Of a DNA stretch of 64,000 nucleotides, positions 53,083 through 64,000 are shown in pieces. How positions within the stretch are numbered: the stretch's first letter is position 1; each line of letters starts with the position of its first letter. The DNA comes from Candidatus Omnitrophica bacterium UBA6249 (GTDB taxonomy: Bacteria; Omnitrophota; Gorgyraeia; Gygaellales; Profunditerraquicolaceae). The notes beneath the pieces were generated by a model, which saw nothing but the letters and a program-made list of their open reading frames with translations, searched no databases and had not been told where the DNA came from. Made by a program: the position numbers and the translations under genes. The stretch covers positions 12,839 through 76,838 of the forward strand of contig DJVT01000009.1 of the NCBI GenBank assembly GCA_002441305.1, read 5' to 3'.

Positions 53083-53163
53083 GGTATAATATTACCCATT
53101 GTTCTTAATATGGTATTTCTTTTCTAACCACTTAGTTTTGTTTAAGTTACATACTTTATTTAC
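53083..53163 (+). repeat. Degenerate copy of the two-box repeat at the start of the glycan island
   Basis: Inner-like TGGTATTTCTTTTCTAAC at 53111..53128, a 17-nt linker, then GTTACATACTTTATTTAC at 53146..53163 (first 8 and last 3 nt match the outer box). A possible left-inner remnant GGTATAATATTACC lies at 53083..53096. Confidence 0.3.
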
Positions 53164-53184
53164 TGGACTAAATTTGGGGGATAG

Positions 53185-54144
53185 ATGAAGAAAGCGTTGG
53201 TTACCGGGGCGGGTGGGTTTATTGGCAGTCATCTGGTCAAGAGGCTGAAAAAAGAAGGTTTTTGGGTGCGGGGGGTTGACCTGAAATATCCGGAATTCAG
53301 CAAGACCGGTGCGGATGACTTTGTGATCGGCGATTTGCGCCAGCAGCAGGTGGTGCGCAAGGTGGTCGACCAGCCTTTCGATGAAGTATACCAGCTTGCC
53401 GCGGATATGGGAGGGGCCGGCTACATTTTTACCGGTGAACACGACGCGGACGTAATGCATAACTCTGCTACCATTAACCTTAATATGGCCGAGCAGTGCC
53501 GCTTGGCCAAAGTCAAAAATATTTTCTACTCCTCTTCAGCCTGCATATATCCCGCCTACAATCAGGAGGATCCCGATAACCCCAAATGTTCCGAAAATTC
53601 CGCATATCCTGCTGCTCCTGACAGCGAATACGGCTGGGAAAAACTGTTCAGTGAAAGACTTTATCTTTCTTATAGCCGTAATTACGGTATGAATGTGCAT
53701 ATCACGCGTTTTCATAACATATTCGGCCCGGAAGGTACCTGGCGGGGCGGCAAGGAGAAAGCACCCGCGGCGATCTGCCGTAAGGTTGCTGAGGCAAAAG
53801 ACGGGGGTCAGATCGAGATCTGGGGGGACGGCCTGCAGACCCGTTCCTTTCTTTATATCGACGAATGCCTGGAAGGCGTCTTAAGGCTGATGCGTTCGGA
53901 TTTTTCCGGCCCGGTCAACATAGGCTCGGAGGAAATGGTCACTATCAATCAACTTGTTGAAATTGTGTCTAAAGTGGCAGGCAAAAAAATAACGATTAAA
54001 CATATCGAAGGACCACTTGGGGTAAGGGGCAGGAATTCCGATAATCGGCTTATCCGCCAGAAGCTCGGCTGGGCGCCTTCGGCAAGGCTGGAGGATGGGC
54101 TTAAGATTACTTACAACTGGATAAAATCCCAGTTGTCTGAATGA
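53185..54144 (+). CDS. NAD-dependent epimerase (GDP-mannose 3,5-epimerase-like)
   Basis: TGAGGFIGSHL, ADMGGAGYIF, SSSACIYP and YGWEK, as in the GME family. Confidence 0.7.
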   Translation: MKKALVTGAGGFIGSHLVKRLKKEGFWVRGVDLKYPEFSKTGADDFVIGDLRQQQVVRKVVDQPFDEVYQLAADMGGAGYIFTGEHDADVMHNSATINLNMAEQCRLAKVKNIFYSSSACIYPAYNQEDPDNPKCSENSAYPAAPDSEYGWEKLFSERLYLSYSRNYGMNVHITRFHNIFGPEGTWRGGKEKAPAAICRKVAEAKDGGQIEIWGDGLQTRSFLYIDECLEGVLRLMRSDFSGPVNIGSEEMVTINQLVEIVSKVAGKKITIKHIEGPLGVRGRNSDNRLIRQKLGWAPSARLEDGLKITYNWIKSQLSE

Positions 54145-54157
54145 TTTTTTGTTCGAT

Positions 54158-55291
54158 ATGGATAAAATTGATATTGTAATTATAGGGGCTGGGGTGGTTG
54201 GCCTTGCGATAGCGGAAAAGCTATCTTCCGTTAAGAAGAGCATCCTCATTCTTGAGAAGAATAAATCGTTCGGGCAGGAAACCAGCTCTCGTAACAGCGA
54301 AGTTGTCCATGGAGGGATGTATTATCCGCAAGATAGCTTAAAAGCTTCTCTTTGTGTCGAAGGGAGGCATTTATTATACGAGTTCTGCGAGAAAAACAAG
54401 ATTGCCTATAAAAAAATAGGCAAGCTTATTGTTGCCGTTGATGAAAGCGAACTAACGGCATTGGAGAGCATATTTAAGCAGGGAAGGAAGAACGGTGTAG
54501 AAGGGCTTAAATTTCTCACGGAAGAAGAAATAAGAAGGTTTGAGCCGCAAGTAAGAGGCTTAACCGCGATTTATTCCCGGGAGACAGGTATAGTCGACTC
54601 GCATCATCTGATGGATTGCCTTTTGGCGCTTGCCAGGAATAACGGGGTTTCAATAGTTTATGACGCGGAAGTCTTATCTGTCCGTAGGGATAAAGACGGT
54701 TATATTTTATCCGTTAAAAATAATGGGGAGGATGTTGCAATAGAGTCTTTAGCGGTAATAAATTGCGCGGGCCTTGATTCGGATAGCGTTGCCGCTTTGG
54801 CGGGTATTGATGCTGTTAAAGAAGGTTATGCCCTGCATTATTGCAAAGGGCAGTATTTCCGTGTTGCTCTGGGTAAGTCGCAATCTGTAAAACGCCTTGT
54901 TTATCCAGTCCCAAGGCCGAAAGGCGGTGGGCTGGGGGTGCATGTTACTCCTGACTTAAACGGCAGTTTGCGCCTTGGTCCCGATGATTTTTATCTTAGC
55001 AATAGGTTAAAGGATTATTCTGTTGATGAGGGCAAAAGACCGGATTTTTATGCCTCGGTATCCAGATTTATCCCCTCGTTGAAAGAAGATTATCTATCTC
55101 CGGATATATCAGGGATAAGGCCTAAATTACAAACGGAGAACGGAGGGTTCCGCGATTTCGTTATCCATAACGAGTCAGATAAAGGATTGCCGGGTTTTGT
55201 AAACCTGATAGGTATCGAATCTCCTGGATTGACCGCTTCGCTTGCGATAGCGCGAATGGTTAAAGATATTGTATTGAAGGATCTGCAATGA
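54158..55291 (+). CDS. FAD-dependent oxidoreductase (L-2-hydroxyglutarate oxidase/DAO family-like)
   Basis: Dinucleotide-binding IVIIGAGVVGLA and the SSRNSEVVHGGMYY block. A TTG at 54149 is an alternative start. Confidence 0.6.
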   Translation: MDKIDIVIIGAGVVGLAIAEKLSSVKKSILILEKNKSFGQETSSRNSEVVHGGMYYPQDSLKASLCVEGRHLLYEFCEKNKIAYKKIGKLIVAVDESELTALESIFKQGRKNGVEGLKFLTEEEIRRFEPQVRGLTAIYSRETGIVDSHHLMDCLLALARNNGVSIVYDAEVLSVRRDKDGYILSVKNNGEDVAIESLAVINCAGLDSDSVAALAGIDAVKEGYALHYCKGQYFRVALGKSQSVKRLVYPVPRPKGGGLGVHVTPDLNGSLRLGPDDFYLSNRLKDYSVDEGKRPDFYASVSRFIPSLKEDYLSPDISGIRPKLQTENGGFRDFVIHNESDKGLPGFVNLIGIESPGLTASLAIARMVKDIVLKDLQ

Positions 55292-56487
55292 AGAATCTTT
55301 GCATCGTCGAACCTGATTTAAATTCATATATGGGGCATATGTTTAATTATTGTCGCAGTATTTATTCGGCCGCCCGCAGGGATAATATTAATGTCAGGGT
55401 CTTTGGAAGCAAGGAATATAAGATTGAAACAACGGTAGGAATGCCCGTAGAAGGCATATTTGATTCATTCCTTGCCGGTAAAATGCTTCCTTCCAGAATT
55501 AAAGGTTATTTCTTGAGGCCTTTTCAATGTAATCGCTCTTTTTACAATGGAATGGTTTCTCCAAAAACGGGTTTCCTCAATCAGGACTGGGTGGTTTTTG
55601 TATGTTCCGCCACGACACATAATTTATTAGGGTTATATTTTTGGCTCAAGAGATATGAGCGCGAAAAAGCTCCCACCCTTGTCCTGTTCATGCGTTTTAG
55701 CTGTTCAAGAAACGGGCGGCCGGGTATTTCGCTTATTTTATTGGCGCTCTGGAAATTCCTGTTGATACCTGTAGTAAAGAAACTTTCCCGTAAGTATCAA
55801 ATCCGCCTTGTGACCGACAGCCAGAAATTAGCCGGGGAATACAGGAGCTTTACCGGATTGCCGGTAAGCGTATTGCCGATTCCGCATACGAGTTATTTAA
55901 AAACGGGCAGGGCTTGCCATGGGGATAAAATTGTATTTTTGAATCCCGGAGGGGCAAGAAGTGATAAAGGCTTTAGCCTGCTGGCAAGCGCTATAAGACT
56001 GTTGCATCAGAGGAATCAGCTCACAGGTATAGATTTTTTACTGCATTGTTATAGTTTCAAGAATGATAAAGGTTCTTTGCGTTCGATAGCGTTGCTGAAA
56101 AGCCTGGGTTTACCTAATGTGAAATTGATCGAACATACCGTGGACGAGATGGTTTACCAGAAGATGATCGGGAATTCAGATATTATAGTCCTGCCTTATC
56201 TGAAGTGGAGGTATTCCTCCAGCACTTCGGGTATCCTTGCCGAGGCATTGGCCCTGGGTAAGCCGGTAGTCGCAACCGATGGCACATGGATGAGCGATCA
56301 GTTGAAAGATTCAGGAGCCGGTGTTTGTTTCAAGGATAATAACGTTGAGGATCTGGCTCGGGCTATGCTTGAGGCAAAAAATATCTATCCGCAGTTGGCG
56401 AAACAGGCTGAAGACTTTAGAAGCAAGTGGGCCGCTTTTCATAACCCGGATAATTTTATCCGTGAATTGGCTAATACGGCAAATTAG
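55288..56487 (+). CDS. GT-B fold glycosyltransferase-like protein
   Basis: C-terminal block SGILAEALALGKPVVATDGTW resembles the GT1/GT4 donor-binding region. The N-terminal half is unrecognised. Confidence 0.5.
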   Translation: MKNLCIVEPDLNSYMGHMFNYCRSIYSAARRDNINVRVFGSKEYKIETTVGMPVEGIFDSFLAGKMLPSRIKGYFLRPFQCNRSFYNGMVSPKTGFLNQDWVVFVCSATTHNLLGLYFWLKRYEREKAPTLVLFMRFSCSRNGRPGISLILLALWKFLLIPVVKKLSRKYQIRLVTDSQKLAGEYRSFTGLPVSVLPIPHTSYLKTGRACHGDKIVFLNPGGARSDKGFSLLASAIRLLHQRNQLTGIDFLLHCYSFKNDKGSLRSIALLKSLGLPNVKLIEHTVDEMVYQKMIGNSDIIVLPYLKWRYSSSTSGILAEALALGKPVVATDGTWMSDQLKDSGAGVCFKDNNVEDLARAMLEAKNIYPQLAKQAEDFRSKWAAFHNPDNFIRELANTAN

Positions 56488-56496
56488 AAGGAAGAT

Positions 56497-57489
56497 ATGA
56501 TTATTTCAAAGACACCGGTAAGGATAAGTTTTTTTGGCGGCGGGACTGATTACCGGGAATATTTTGAAAGAGAAGGTGGCGCGGTAATCGGCACGGCTAT
56601 CGATAAGCATACTTATATCAGCGTCAACAGATTAAGCGACTTTTTCGAATACAAGATACGCGTGGGTTATTCCAAAGCCGAGCTTGTCAACGATGTCAGC
56701 CAGATAAAACATCCCAGCGTGCGTGAAACCCTGAAATTCAAGAAAATCAACGGCAATTTGGATATCCACATATTCTCCGATCTTCCCGCCCGGACCGGCC
56801 TGGGATCTTCTTCGTCGTTTACGGTAGGTTTTTTAAACGCCTTGTATGCCCTGGAAGGGAAGACGGTATCTTCAAAACAGCTTGCCGAAGAAGCGACTTA
56901 TATCGAACAGGAATTGATAAAAGAAAACGTGGGATGCCAGGACCAGATACACGCGGCTTACGGAGGGTTGAACAAAATTGAATTCGATAAATTCGGGGTA
57001 TCGGTAAAACCGGTGGTAATAACAAAAGAGAAATACGATTATCTGAACGAATCATTGATGATTTTCTACACCGGTCTGACCCGTTATGCGAGCGAAATAG
57101 CCAGAGAGCAAACCGAGAATACCAAATCCTGTAATCTGGATTCATACCTTAAAAGAATGCGCCAGATGGTTTATGATGCGGAAAAGGTCATTTCCGACGA
57201 GGATCCTCCTGGTATGGTAAGGCGCCTGGGGGAATTGCTTGATGAGGGATGGGATCTTAAAAAATGCCTTTCAAGCAAGATAACAAATAAGGCTATCGAT
57301 GATAACTATCGTTTCGCTAAGGAAGCCGGCGCTTGCGGAGGGAAATTAGCCGGGGCGGGAGGGGGAGGTTTTATGTTTTTGCTTGTGCCTAAGGACAGGC
57401 AGCCTGCCGTGAGGAAAGCTCTGAACCTGATGGAAGTAAGCTTTAAGTTTGAGAAAGAAGGTTCGAAAATAATCTATTTTACAGGTTAG
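56497..57489 (+). CDS. GHMP sugar kinase (D-glycero-D-manno-heptose 7-phosphate kinase HddA-like)
   Basis: TPVRISFFGGGTDY N-terminus and the GHMP motif PARTGLGSSSS. Confidence 0.7.
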   Translation: MIISKTPVRISFFGGGTDYREYFEREGGAVIGTAIDKHTYISVNRLSDFFEYKIRVGYSKAELVNDVSQIKHPSVRETLKFKKINGNLDIHIFSDLPARTGLGSSSSFTVGFLNALYALEGKTVSSKQLAEEATYIEQELIKENVGCQDQIHAAYGGLNKIEFDKFGVSVKPVVITKEKYDYLNESLMIFYTGLTRYASEIAREQTENTKSCNLDSYLKRMRQMVYDAEKVISDEDPPGMVRRLGELLDEGWDLKKCLSSKITNKAIDDNYRFAKEAGACGGKLAGAGGGGFMFLLVPKDRQPAVRKALNLMEVSFKFEKEGSKIIYFTG

Positions 57490-57496
57490 CTTCTCC

Positions 57497-58207
57497 ATGC
57501 ATAAAATAGACGCGATCATTTTAGCCGGCGGCAAAGGAAAAAGATTGAGGAAACTTGTTAAAAATGTCCCGAAGCCGATGGCGCAGGTCCATGGCAAGCC
57601 GTTCTTGGATATTTTGTTTTCGCAGCTGGATGAATGCGGATTGATTGATGGTGTCGCATTGGCGTTAGGGTATAAGGCCAGTAAAATAATTGATAAATAT
57701 AAGAGTGTTTTCCCTTACAGGTTTTCTTTAGATTTTTGTGTTGAGAAGAAGCTGCTTGGCACCGGAGGAGCGGTTAAGAATGCCATCGGGCATACCAAAA
57801 GCAACCCGGTTCTGGTCATGAACGGGGATTCTTATACCGATATTGATTTGAAGGATTTTATAAGATTCCACAAAAAACATAAAGCAAAATTGACTATCGC
57901 GTTGTTCCGAAAGAACGGTTCCGGCAGGTATGGGAGTATCCAGGTTGATGCACGAGGGAAAATTGTTTCTTTCCAAGAGAAAATTAAAACAAACAAGAAT
58001 GCCTTAATAAACGCGGGCCTGTATCTTATGGACAGGGGTATTTTCGATAATGTTAGAAATGGCAAGATCTTATCTCTTGAAAAAGACCTGATGCCGTCAT
58101 TCGTAACCAGGTTTAAGAATAGTGTTTTCGGGTATTTGGCTAAGGGGAGATTTATTGATATTGGGACTCCTCGTAGTTATGTTTCGGCAGATAAATATTT
58201 AAGATAA
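57497..58207 (+). CDS. Sugar-1-phosphate nucleotidyltransferase (HddC-like)
   Basis: AIILAGGKGKRLRKL...PKPM signature. Adjacent to the GHMP kinase. Confidence 0.75.
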   Translation: MHKIDAIILAGGKGKRLRKLVKNVPKPMAQVHGKPFLDILFSQLDECGLIDGVALALGYKASKIIDKYKSVFPYRFSLDFCVEKKLLGTGGAVKNAIGHTKSNPVLVMNGDSYTDIDLKDFIRFHKKHKAKLTIALFRKNGSGRYGSIQVDARGKIVSFQEKIKTNKNALINAGLYLMDRGIFDNVRNGKILSLEKDLMPSFVTRFKNSVFGYLAKGRFIDIGTPRSYVSADKYLR

Positions 58208-59689
<1,482 letters not shown>

Positions 59690-59705
<16 letters not shown>

Positions 59706-60199
59706 ATATTAAGGAGTGTGAAGATCGAAGGGGAAAAATAAAAATACTTGATGTGGATGTTGTAAAAGTAGTCAAGAAACCTTGGGGGTGGGAGAAATGG
59801 ATTGCTGATGGCTATCCGGAGTTTCCTTATGCTCTAAAAGAAATCTTTATAAAGGCCCCATATAGATCTAGTGTACAATTCCATAGGAATAAGCAAGAAA
59901 CAAATTATATACAAAAAGGAAAGGGATTACTATATTATTCTCGCATGACTATTGATGTAAATAAATTTGTTAAGGGGGGGTATACCCAGCCGGAGATTAA
60001 TCGTTTTGTATCGGATTTAGCTAGTGAAGAATTGTCTCCAGGGAAAATATTCCATATCTATCCCGGTTTTATCCATAGAGTAGAAGCATTAGAAGATCTT
60101 CTAATGATAGAGACTTCTTCTATAGAGCTAGATGATGTTTTTCGTTTACAAGATGATACCGGTAGGGAACATGGTAGAATTATGGGTGAACATAAATGA
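59690..60199 (+). CDS. Cupin-domain protein (sugar isomerase/epimerase-like)
   Basis: WGWEKW...SVQFHRNKQETNYIQKG...HRVEA cupin pattern. Confidence 0.5.
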
Positions 60200-61779
60200 A
60201 ATATAAAGTTTGTATTAAAGCTGCTGGTAGGGGGAGTCGTTTAAGTTACGCTAAGGATTTTAATAAGTCTCTTCTACCTGTTGGGGGAAAAGCCGTAATA
60301 TCTAGACTTATAGAAAAATTCCCCGTAGATGTCGAAATAATTATTCCAGTAGGTTATAATGCAAATTATGTAAAAGATTTTTTAGACATTGCTCACCCTG
60401 AACGTAAAATAACTTTTGTCAATGTTGATAAATATGATGGTTTAGGCAGTGGTCCCGGATATTCCTTGCTTTGTTGTAAAAAACATTTGCAGTGTCCTTT
60501 CATTTTTTTAGCATGTGATACCATTGTTCTGGAAGATATACCAAAGCCGGACTATGATTGGATAGGTGTTTCTAATATCGCAGACTCGAAAAACTATTTG
60601 GTTGCCGGGGTTAAGAATGGTGTAGTGCTAGAATTTTTCGATAAGATGCAAAATAGTATTCTAGAAAAAAAATGTTCGAATTATGACAGTTTCCTAAATA
60701 ATGCTTTTATCGGTTTAGCCGCCATAAAGAATTACGATGACTTTTGGAATGGCCTAGAAGCGAATAATTCTTTAGTGTGTGGAGAACTTCAAGTCGCGAA
60801 TGGTTTGGCAGCATTAATAAAAAATGGCTTAAAGACTATTAATTTTTCCTGGTTTGATACTGGTACTGACCCTGGATATGAACGTACAAGAGAGTATTTT
60901 AAAAATAACGCAATATTACCTAAATCCGGAGAATTCACTTATTTTGAGGGTGGAAAAGTCATTAAATTCTTTACTAATGCTGAAAAGGTTCTAGGTCGTT
61001 TAGAAAAAGCAGGATTTTTGAAGAAATCGATTCCGGAAATTACAGACCGAAAGAATAACTTTTATGCATATCGTTATAAAAATGGAAGTATGCTGTCAGA
61101 TACATGGAATGATAGCGATTTTAAGGAATTTCTAGAATTTTGTAAAGATACGATTTGGGTTAAACAAAGGCTTACAAAAAAACAAGAAAAAGAATTTAAA
61201 AGAGCTTGTTGGAAGTTTTACTTTGAAAAAACATTAGAAAGAATTAACTTGTTTTATAGGAATACCAGCATTAGTGATTTAAAAGAGGATATTAATGGGG
61301 TTTCCGTTCCGAAGTTGAGCTCAATATTCAAAAAAATAGACTGGGAGTATCTTTGTGCTGGCATACCAGTTCTTTTTCACGGAGATCCGCAGCCGGAAAA
61401 TATTATAATTAGCGAGGGTAAATTTTATTTACTTGACTGGAGAGAAGATTTTGGGGGTATGCGGGCATGCGGTGATATTTATTATGATTTAGCAAAAATC
61501 TACCACGCTTTAATTATTTCAGGGGAAATTATAAGGAATAATCAATTTAAGGTTACGGTTAAAGATGGCCAAGTCCAACTGTTTTTTTTGTTAAAGAGCA
61601 ACCTTCTCAAATTTAAACATATATTAGAGGATTTTATAAAGAACGAAAGATTAGATTTGAATAAAGTCAGATTACATTCTGCATTGATATATCTTAATAT
61701 TTGTGCACTTCACCACAATCCATATAATTTATTACTTTATTATTTTGGGAAAAAGTTATTGAAGGAGGTCGTTGATTAA
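60196..61779 (+). CDS. Fusion: N-terminal sugar-phosphate nucleotidyltransferase + C-terminal APH/choline-kinase-fold kinase
   Basis: N-terminus KAAGRGSRLS...NKSLLPV (NTP_transferase). C-terminus LFHGDPQPENIII...LLDWRED (Brenner/APH catalytic loop and DxD-like). Confidence 0.65.
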   Translation: MKYKVCIKAAGRGSRLSYAKDFNKSLLPVGGKAVISRLIEKFPVDVEIIIPVGYNANYVKDFLDIAHPERKITFVNVDKYDGLGSGPGYSLLCCKKHLQCPFIFLACDTIVLEDIPKPDYDWIGVSNIADSKNYLVAGVKNGVVLEFFDKMQNSILEKKCSNYDSFLNNAFIGLAAIKNYDDFWNGLEANNSLVCGELQVANGLAALIKNGLKTINFSWFDTGTDPGYERTREYFKNNAILPKSGEFTYFEGGKVIKFFTNAEKVLGRLEKAGFLKKSIPEITDRKNNFYAYRYKNGSMLSDTWNDSDFKEFLEFCKDTIWVKQRLTKKQEKEFKRACWKFYFEKTLERINLFYRNTSISDLKEDINGVSVPKLSSIFKKIDWEYLCAGIPVLFHGDPQPENIIISEGKFYLLDWREDFGGMRACGDIYYDLAKIYHALIISGEIIRNNQFKVTVKDGQVQLFFLLKSNLLKFKHILEDFIKNERLDLNKVRLHSALIYLNICALHHNPYNLLLYYFGKKLLKEVVD

Positions 61780-62436
61780 ATGAAAAATAATACGATTGAT
61801 TTAATTAACCTTTATCTTCAGGAAAAAGTGTCTATCGCTCAATCATTCCCCATTAATGGAGTCGTTAAGCTTATTGAGGCAATTTGGTGTACTTATGAGC
61901 ACGATGCGACAGTATACGTTTTTGCAAACGGAGGTCCTGCTGGCATAGCGGATGGTTTTGCTACAGATTTAAAGATCCACCCATTCGTTTCCGATGACAA
62001 AAAGATAACGAGCAAGATTAGAAGAATAAAAGTAAATTGCTTAAATGAATCACCATCTGTTTTAACCGCGATTTCAAATGATTTAGGTTTTTCGTATATT
62101 TTTGTAGAGCAACTTAAGAATTATTTAAGGAGCAAGAAAGAAAATAAATTTGATCTAATGGTTGGGTTTTCGGGGAGTGGAAATTCCGAAAACGTTATTC
62201 AGGCATTCCTTTATGCTAAGAAATTTATGGTAACTACTTGTTGCATATCGGGGAGAGGGGGCGGGAAAGCTAAGGATGTTGTAGACATTCCTATTGTCAT
62301 CCCGGGTTCTTCCGGTTTTCCTGGACAGAGGTATGGAAATGATAATAACTTTCATATAGAAGATTTTCAAACTTCAATAACGCATATGGTTACTGGTATC
62401 TTTAAAGATAAGGTTAATAAAAAATATGGAAGATAG
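61780..62436 (+). CDS. SIS-domain sugar-phosphate isomerase (GmhA-like)
   Basis: VYVFANGGPAGIADGFATDL and GFSGSGNSENV blocks, as in phosphoheptose isomerase. Confidence 0.65.
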   Translation: MKNNTIDLINLYLQEKVSIAQSFPINGVVKLIEAIWCTYEHDATVYVFANGGPAGIADGFATDLKIHPFVSDDKKITSKIRRIKVNCLNESPSVLTAISNDLGFSYIFVEQLKNYLRSKKENKFDLMVGFSGSGNSENVIQAFLYAKKFMVTTCCISGRGGGKAKDVVDIPIVIPGSSGFPGQRYGNDNNFHIEDFQTSITHMVTGIFKDKVNKKYGR

Positions 62437-63232
62437 AATATCTTATCTGAAGGAAAAAGCAAATAATATTAGAATAAATATTATAGAATCTCTTTATAGG
62501 GCTAAATCTGGACATCCTGGCCCCGCGTTGTCCATAGTAGAAATAGTTACAGTTCTTTATTTCTCTGAAATGAATTTAAACCAAAGGATAAAGGATCGTT
62601 TAGTGTTGTCTAAAGGGCATGGGGTGGCTGCTATATATGGCGCATTAACTGAGTTAGGTTTAATTGATAAGGAAGAATTATATACTCTGAGAAAAATCGG
62701 CAGCCGTTTGCAAGGTCATCCTGATATGACTAAACTTCCTCTTTTGGATGCAGGAACAGGTGCATTGGGGCAAGGCTTATCGATAGCCATCGGATATGCG
62801 TTGGCAGCACGCTTATTAAATTCACCAAGTAGGGTGTATTGTATTATTGGGGATGGCGAAACACAAGAGGGGCAAATTTGGGAAGCTGCGATGTTTGCGC
62901 CGGTACAAAAGTTAGATAGTATAGTCGTTATATTAGATAATAACAAATTGCAAAATGAAGCTTCTGTAGTGAATACCTTATCAATTGAACCCATTGCTGA
63001 CCGCTGGAATTCTTTTGGATGGAAGGTAATAAGTATTGATGGGCATGATATTAGTCAAATAAAGATGGCGTTTGCAGTAGCTCGTGATACTAAAGAAAAA
63101 CCAACAATTATTGTTGCCAATACGGTTAAAGGTAAAGGTATTCCATTTATGGAAAATAATATGGCTTGGCATAGTAAAACTTTAGAAAAAGATGAATATA
63201 CAAGAGCTTTAGAATATCTAAAGAGAGTATAA
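62426..63232 (+). CDS. Transketolase, N-terminal (TPP-binding) subunit
   Basis: SGHPGPALS and GDGETQEGQIWEA motifs; 268 aa split form. Confidence 0.85.
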   Translation: MEDRISYLKEKANNIRINIIESLYRAKSGHPGPALSIVEIVTVLYFSEMNLNQRIKDRLVLSKGHGVAAIYGALTELGLIDKEELYTLRKIGSRLQGHPDMTKLPLLDAGTGALGQGLSIAIGYALAARLLNSPSRVYCIIGDGETQEGQIWEAAMFAPVQKLDSIVVILDNNKLQNEASVVNTLSIEPIADRWNSFGWKVISIDGHDISQIKMAFAVARDTKEKPTIIVANTVKGKGIPFMENNMAWHSKTLEKDEYTRALEYLKRV

Positions 63233-63237
63233 AATAA

Positions 63238-64000
63238 ATGGAAATCAGAGAAGCTTTTGGTCAAGCATTACTTGAGGTAGGCAAAAAACACAAAGATATC
63301 GTTGTTGTTAGTTGTGATTTGAAAGGGGCAACGCGTACAAAATACTTTTTTAAAGCATTCCCCAAGCGCTCATTTGAGGTGGGAATAGCAGAGGCGAATG
63401 GTATAGGGATAAGTGCTGGTTTAGCTTTAGCTGGGTATAGGCCGTTCATCAGTAGTTTTGGTTCTTTTATTACAGGGAAAAACGTAGAAATCAGAACGTC
63501 AATTGCCTACAATAATGCTCCTGTAGTAATAGTAGGTACACATGGGGGGTTAATTGGTCCGGATGGGACTACCCAAGCCGGGATTCAGGATATTACTACC
63601 ATGCGAGCCATGCCTAGTTTCTTGCTTCTTCAACCGGCAAGTCCTATTGAGACAGTGGCGATGGTGAAATATTTGGCAGTTTCAAGGGAAATGGCCTATT
63701 TGCGAATAGCTAGAAATAATGTTCCGGAAATTTATGATAAAGAGTATCGTTTTAACCTTGGTAAGGGGTATGTAATACGCGACGGAAACGATATTACTGT
63801 TATTTCTTCCGGTCCTATGGTGCATAATGCGATAAGTGCTGCGGATATGCTTAGAAATGATGTTGGTGTTAGAGTGATTAACCTGCCTACGCTTAAGCCG
63901 ATAGATAAAGAAATTATTCTATCTTCTGGCGTAAAAACTAAGGCTATTCTTGTTGTAGAAGATCATACTGTAGAAGGGGGACTGGGAAGTATGGTTTGTG
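63238..64000 (+). CDS. Transketolase, C-terminal (pyrimidine-binding) subunit, 3' end cut by window edge
   Basis: Hand translation from ATG 63238: MEIREAFGQALLEVGKKHKDIVVVSCDLKGATRT...FEVGIAEANGIGISAGLALAGYRPF... The frame is open to the window end. It is not in the ORF track because there is no stop. Confidence 0.8.
   Translation, partial: MEIREAFGQALLEVGKKHKDIVVVSCDLKGATRTKYFFKAFPKRSFEVGIAEANGIGISAGLALAGYRPFISSFGSFITGKNVEIRTSIAYNNAPVVIVGTHGGLIGPDGTTQAGIQDITTMRAMPSFLLLQPASPIETVAMVKYLAVSREMAYLRIARNNVPEIYDKEYRFNLGKGYVIRDGNDITVISSGPMVHNAISAADMLRNDVGVRVINLPTLKPIDKEIILSSGVKTKAILVVEDHTVEGGLGSMVC

Overview
64-kb window in which every gene I can support (about 70 CDS) lies on the + strand, mostly with very short or overlapping junctions. 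I saw no rRNA, tRNA or CRISPR array. Content, left to right. (i) 0-14.3 kb: a peptidase and a receiver-GGDEF regulator, then a divergent F-type ATPase gene set (c, b-delta fusion, alpha, gamma, beta; no a subunit). This runs straight into a type II secretion / type IV filament set (gspE, F, G, minor pseudopilins, K, L-like, M-like), with a truncated ATPase epsilon-like gene wedged between gspE and gspF. (ii) 14.3-29.3 kb, housekeeping: pabB, a DEAD-box helicase and an MFS transporter, then nikR-cbiM-cbiN and cbiQ-cbiO separated by hldD, gcvT-H-PA-PB, a lipoyl-ligase-like gene, lipA and thyX. (iii) 29.4-32 kb: a second PilM/N-like gene plus two atypical pilin-like genes. (iv) 32-43.5 kb: rng, rplU, obg, proBA, nadD, rpe, PGM/PMM, plsC, rpsA, tyrS. 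(v) 37.9-50.6 kb, plus solo copies at 16.6, 25.6 and 53.1 kb: a family of ~54-nt two-box inverted-repeat arms bounding five units. The units are an empty 123-bp palindrome, one carrying a RAYT-type Y1/HUH transposase plus a SemiSWEET, one carrying rfbB, one carrying an ORF6N-domain gene, and one carrying a 54-codon ORF. The arms supply stop codons and C-termini to upstream genes and, in two solo copies, start codons and N-termini to downstream genes. (vi) 53-64 kb: a nucleotide-sugar/glycan island that becomes progressively AT-rich, with heptose-type activation genes, a nucleotidyltransferase-kinase fusion and a split transketolase. The two most interesting signals are the repeat/RAYT cassette architecture and the ATPase-secretion hybrid gene string. 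All calls rest on reading the translated ORFs, motifs and repeats by eye. No database search or computation was run, and coordinates of repeats were hand-counted.
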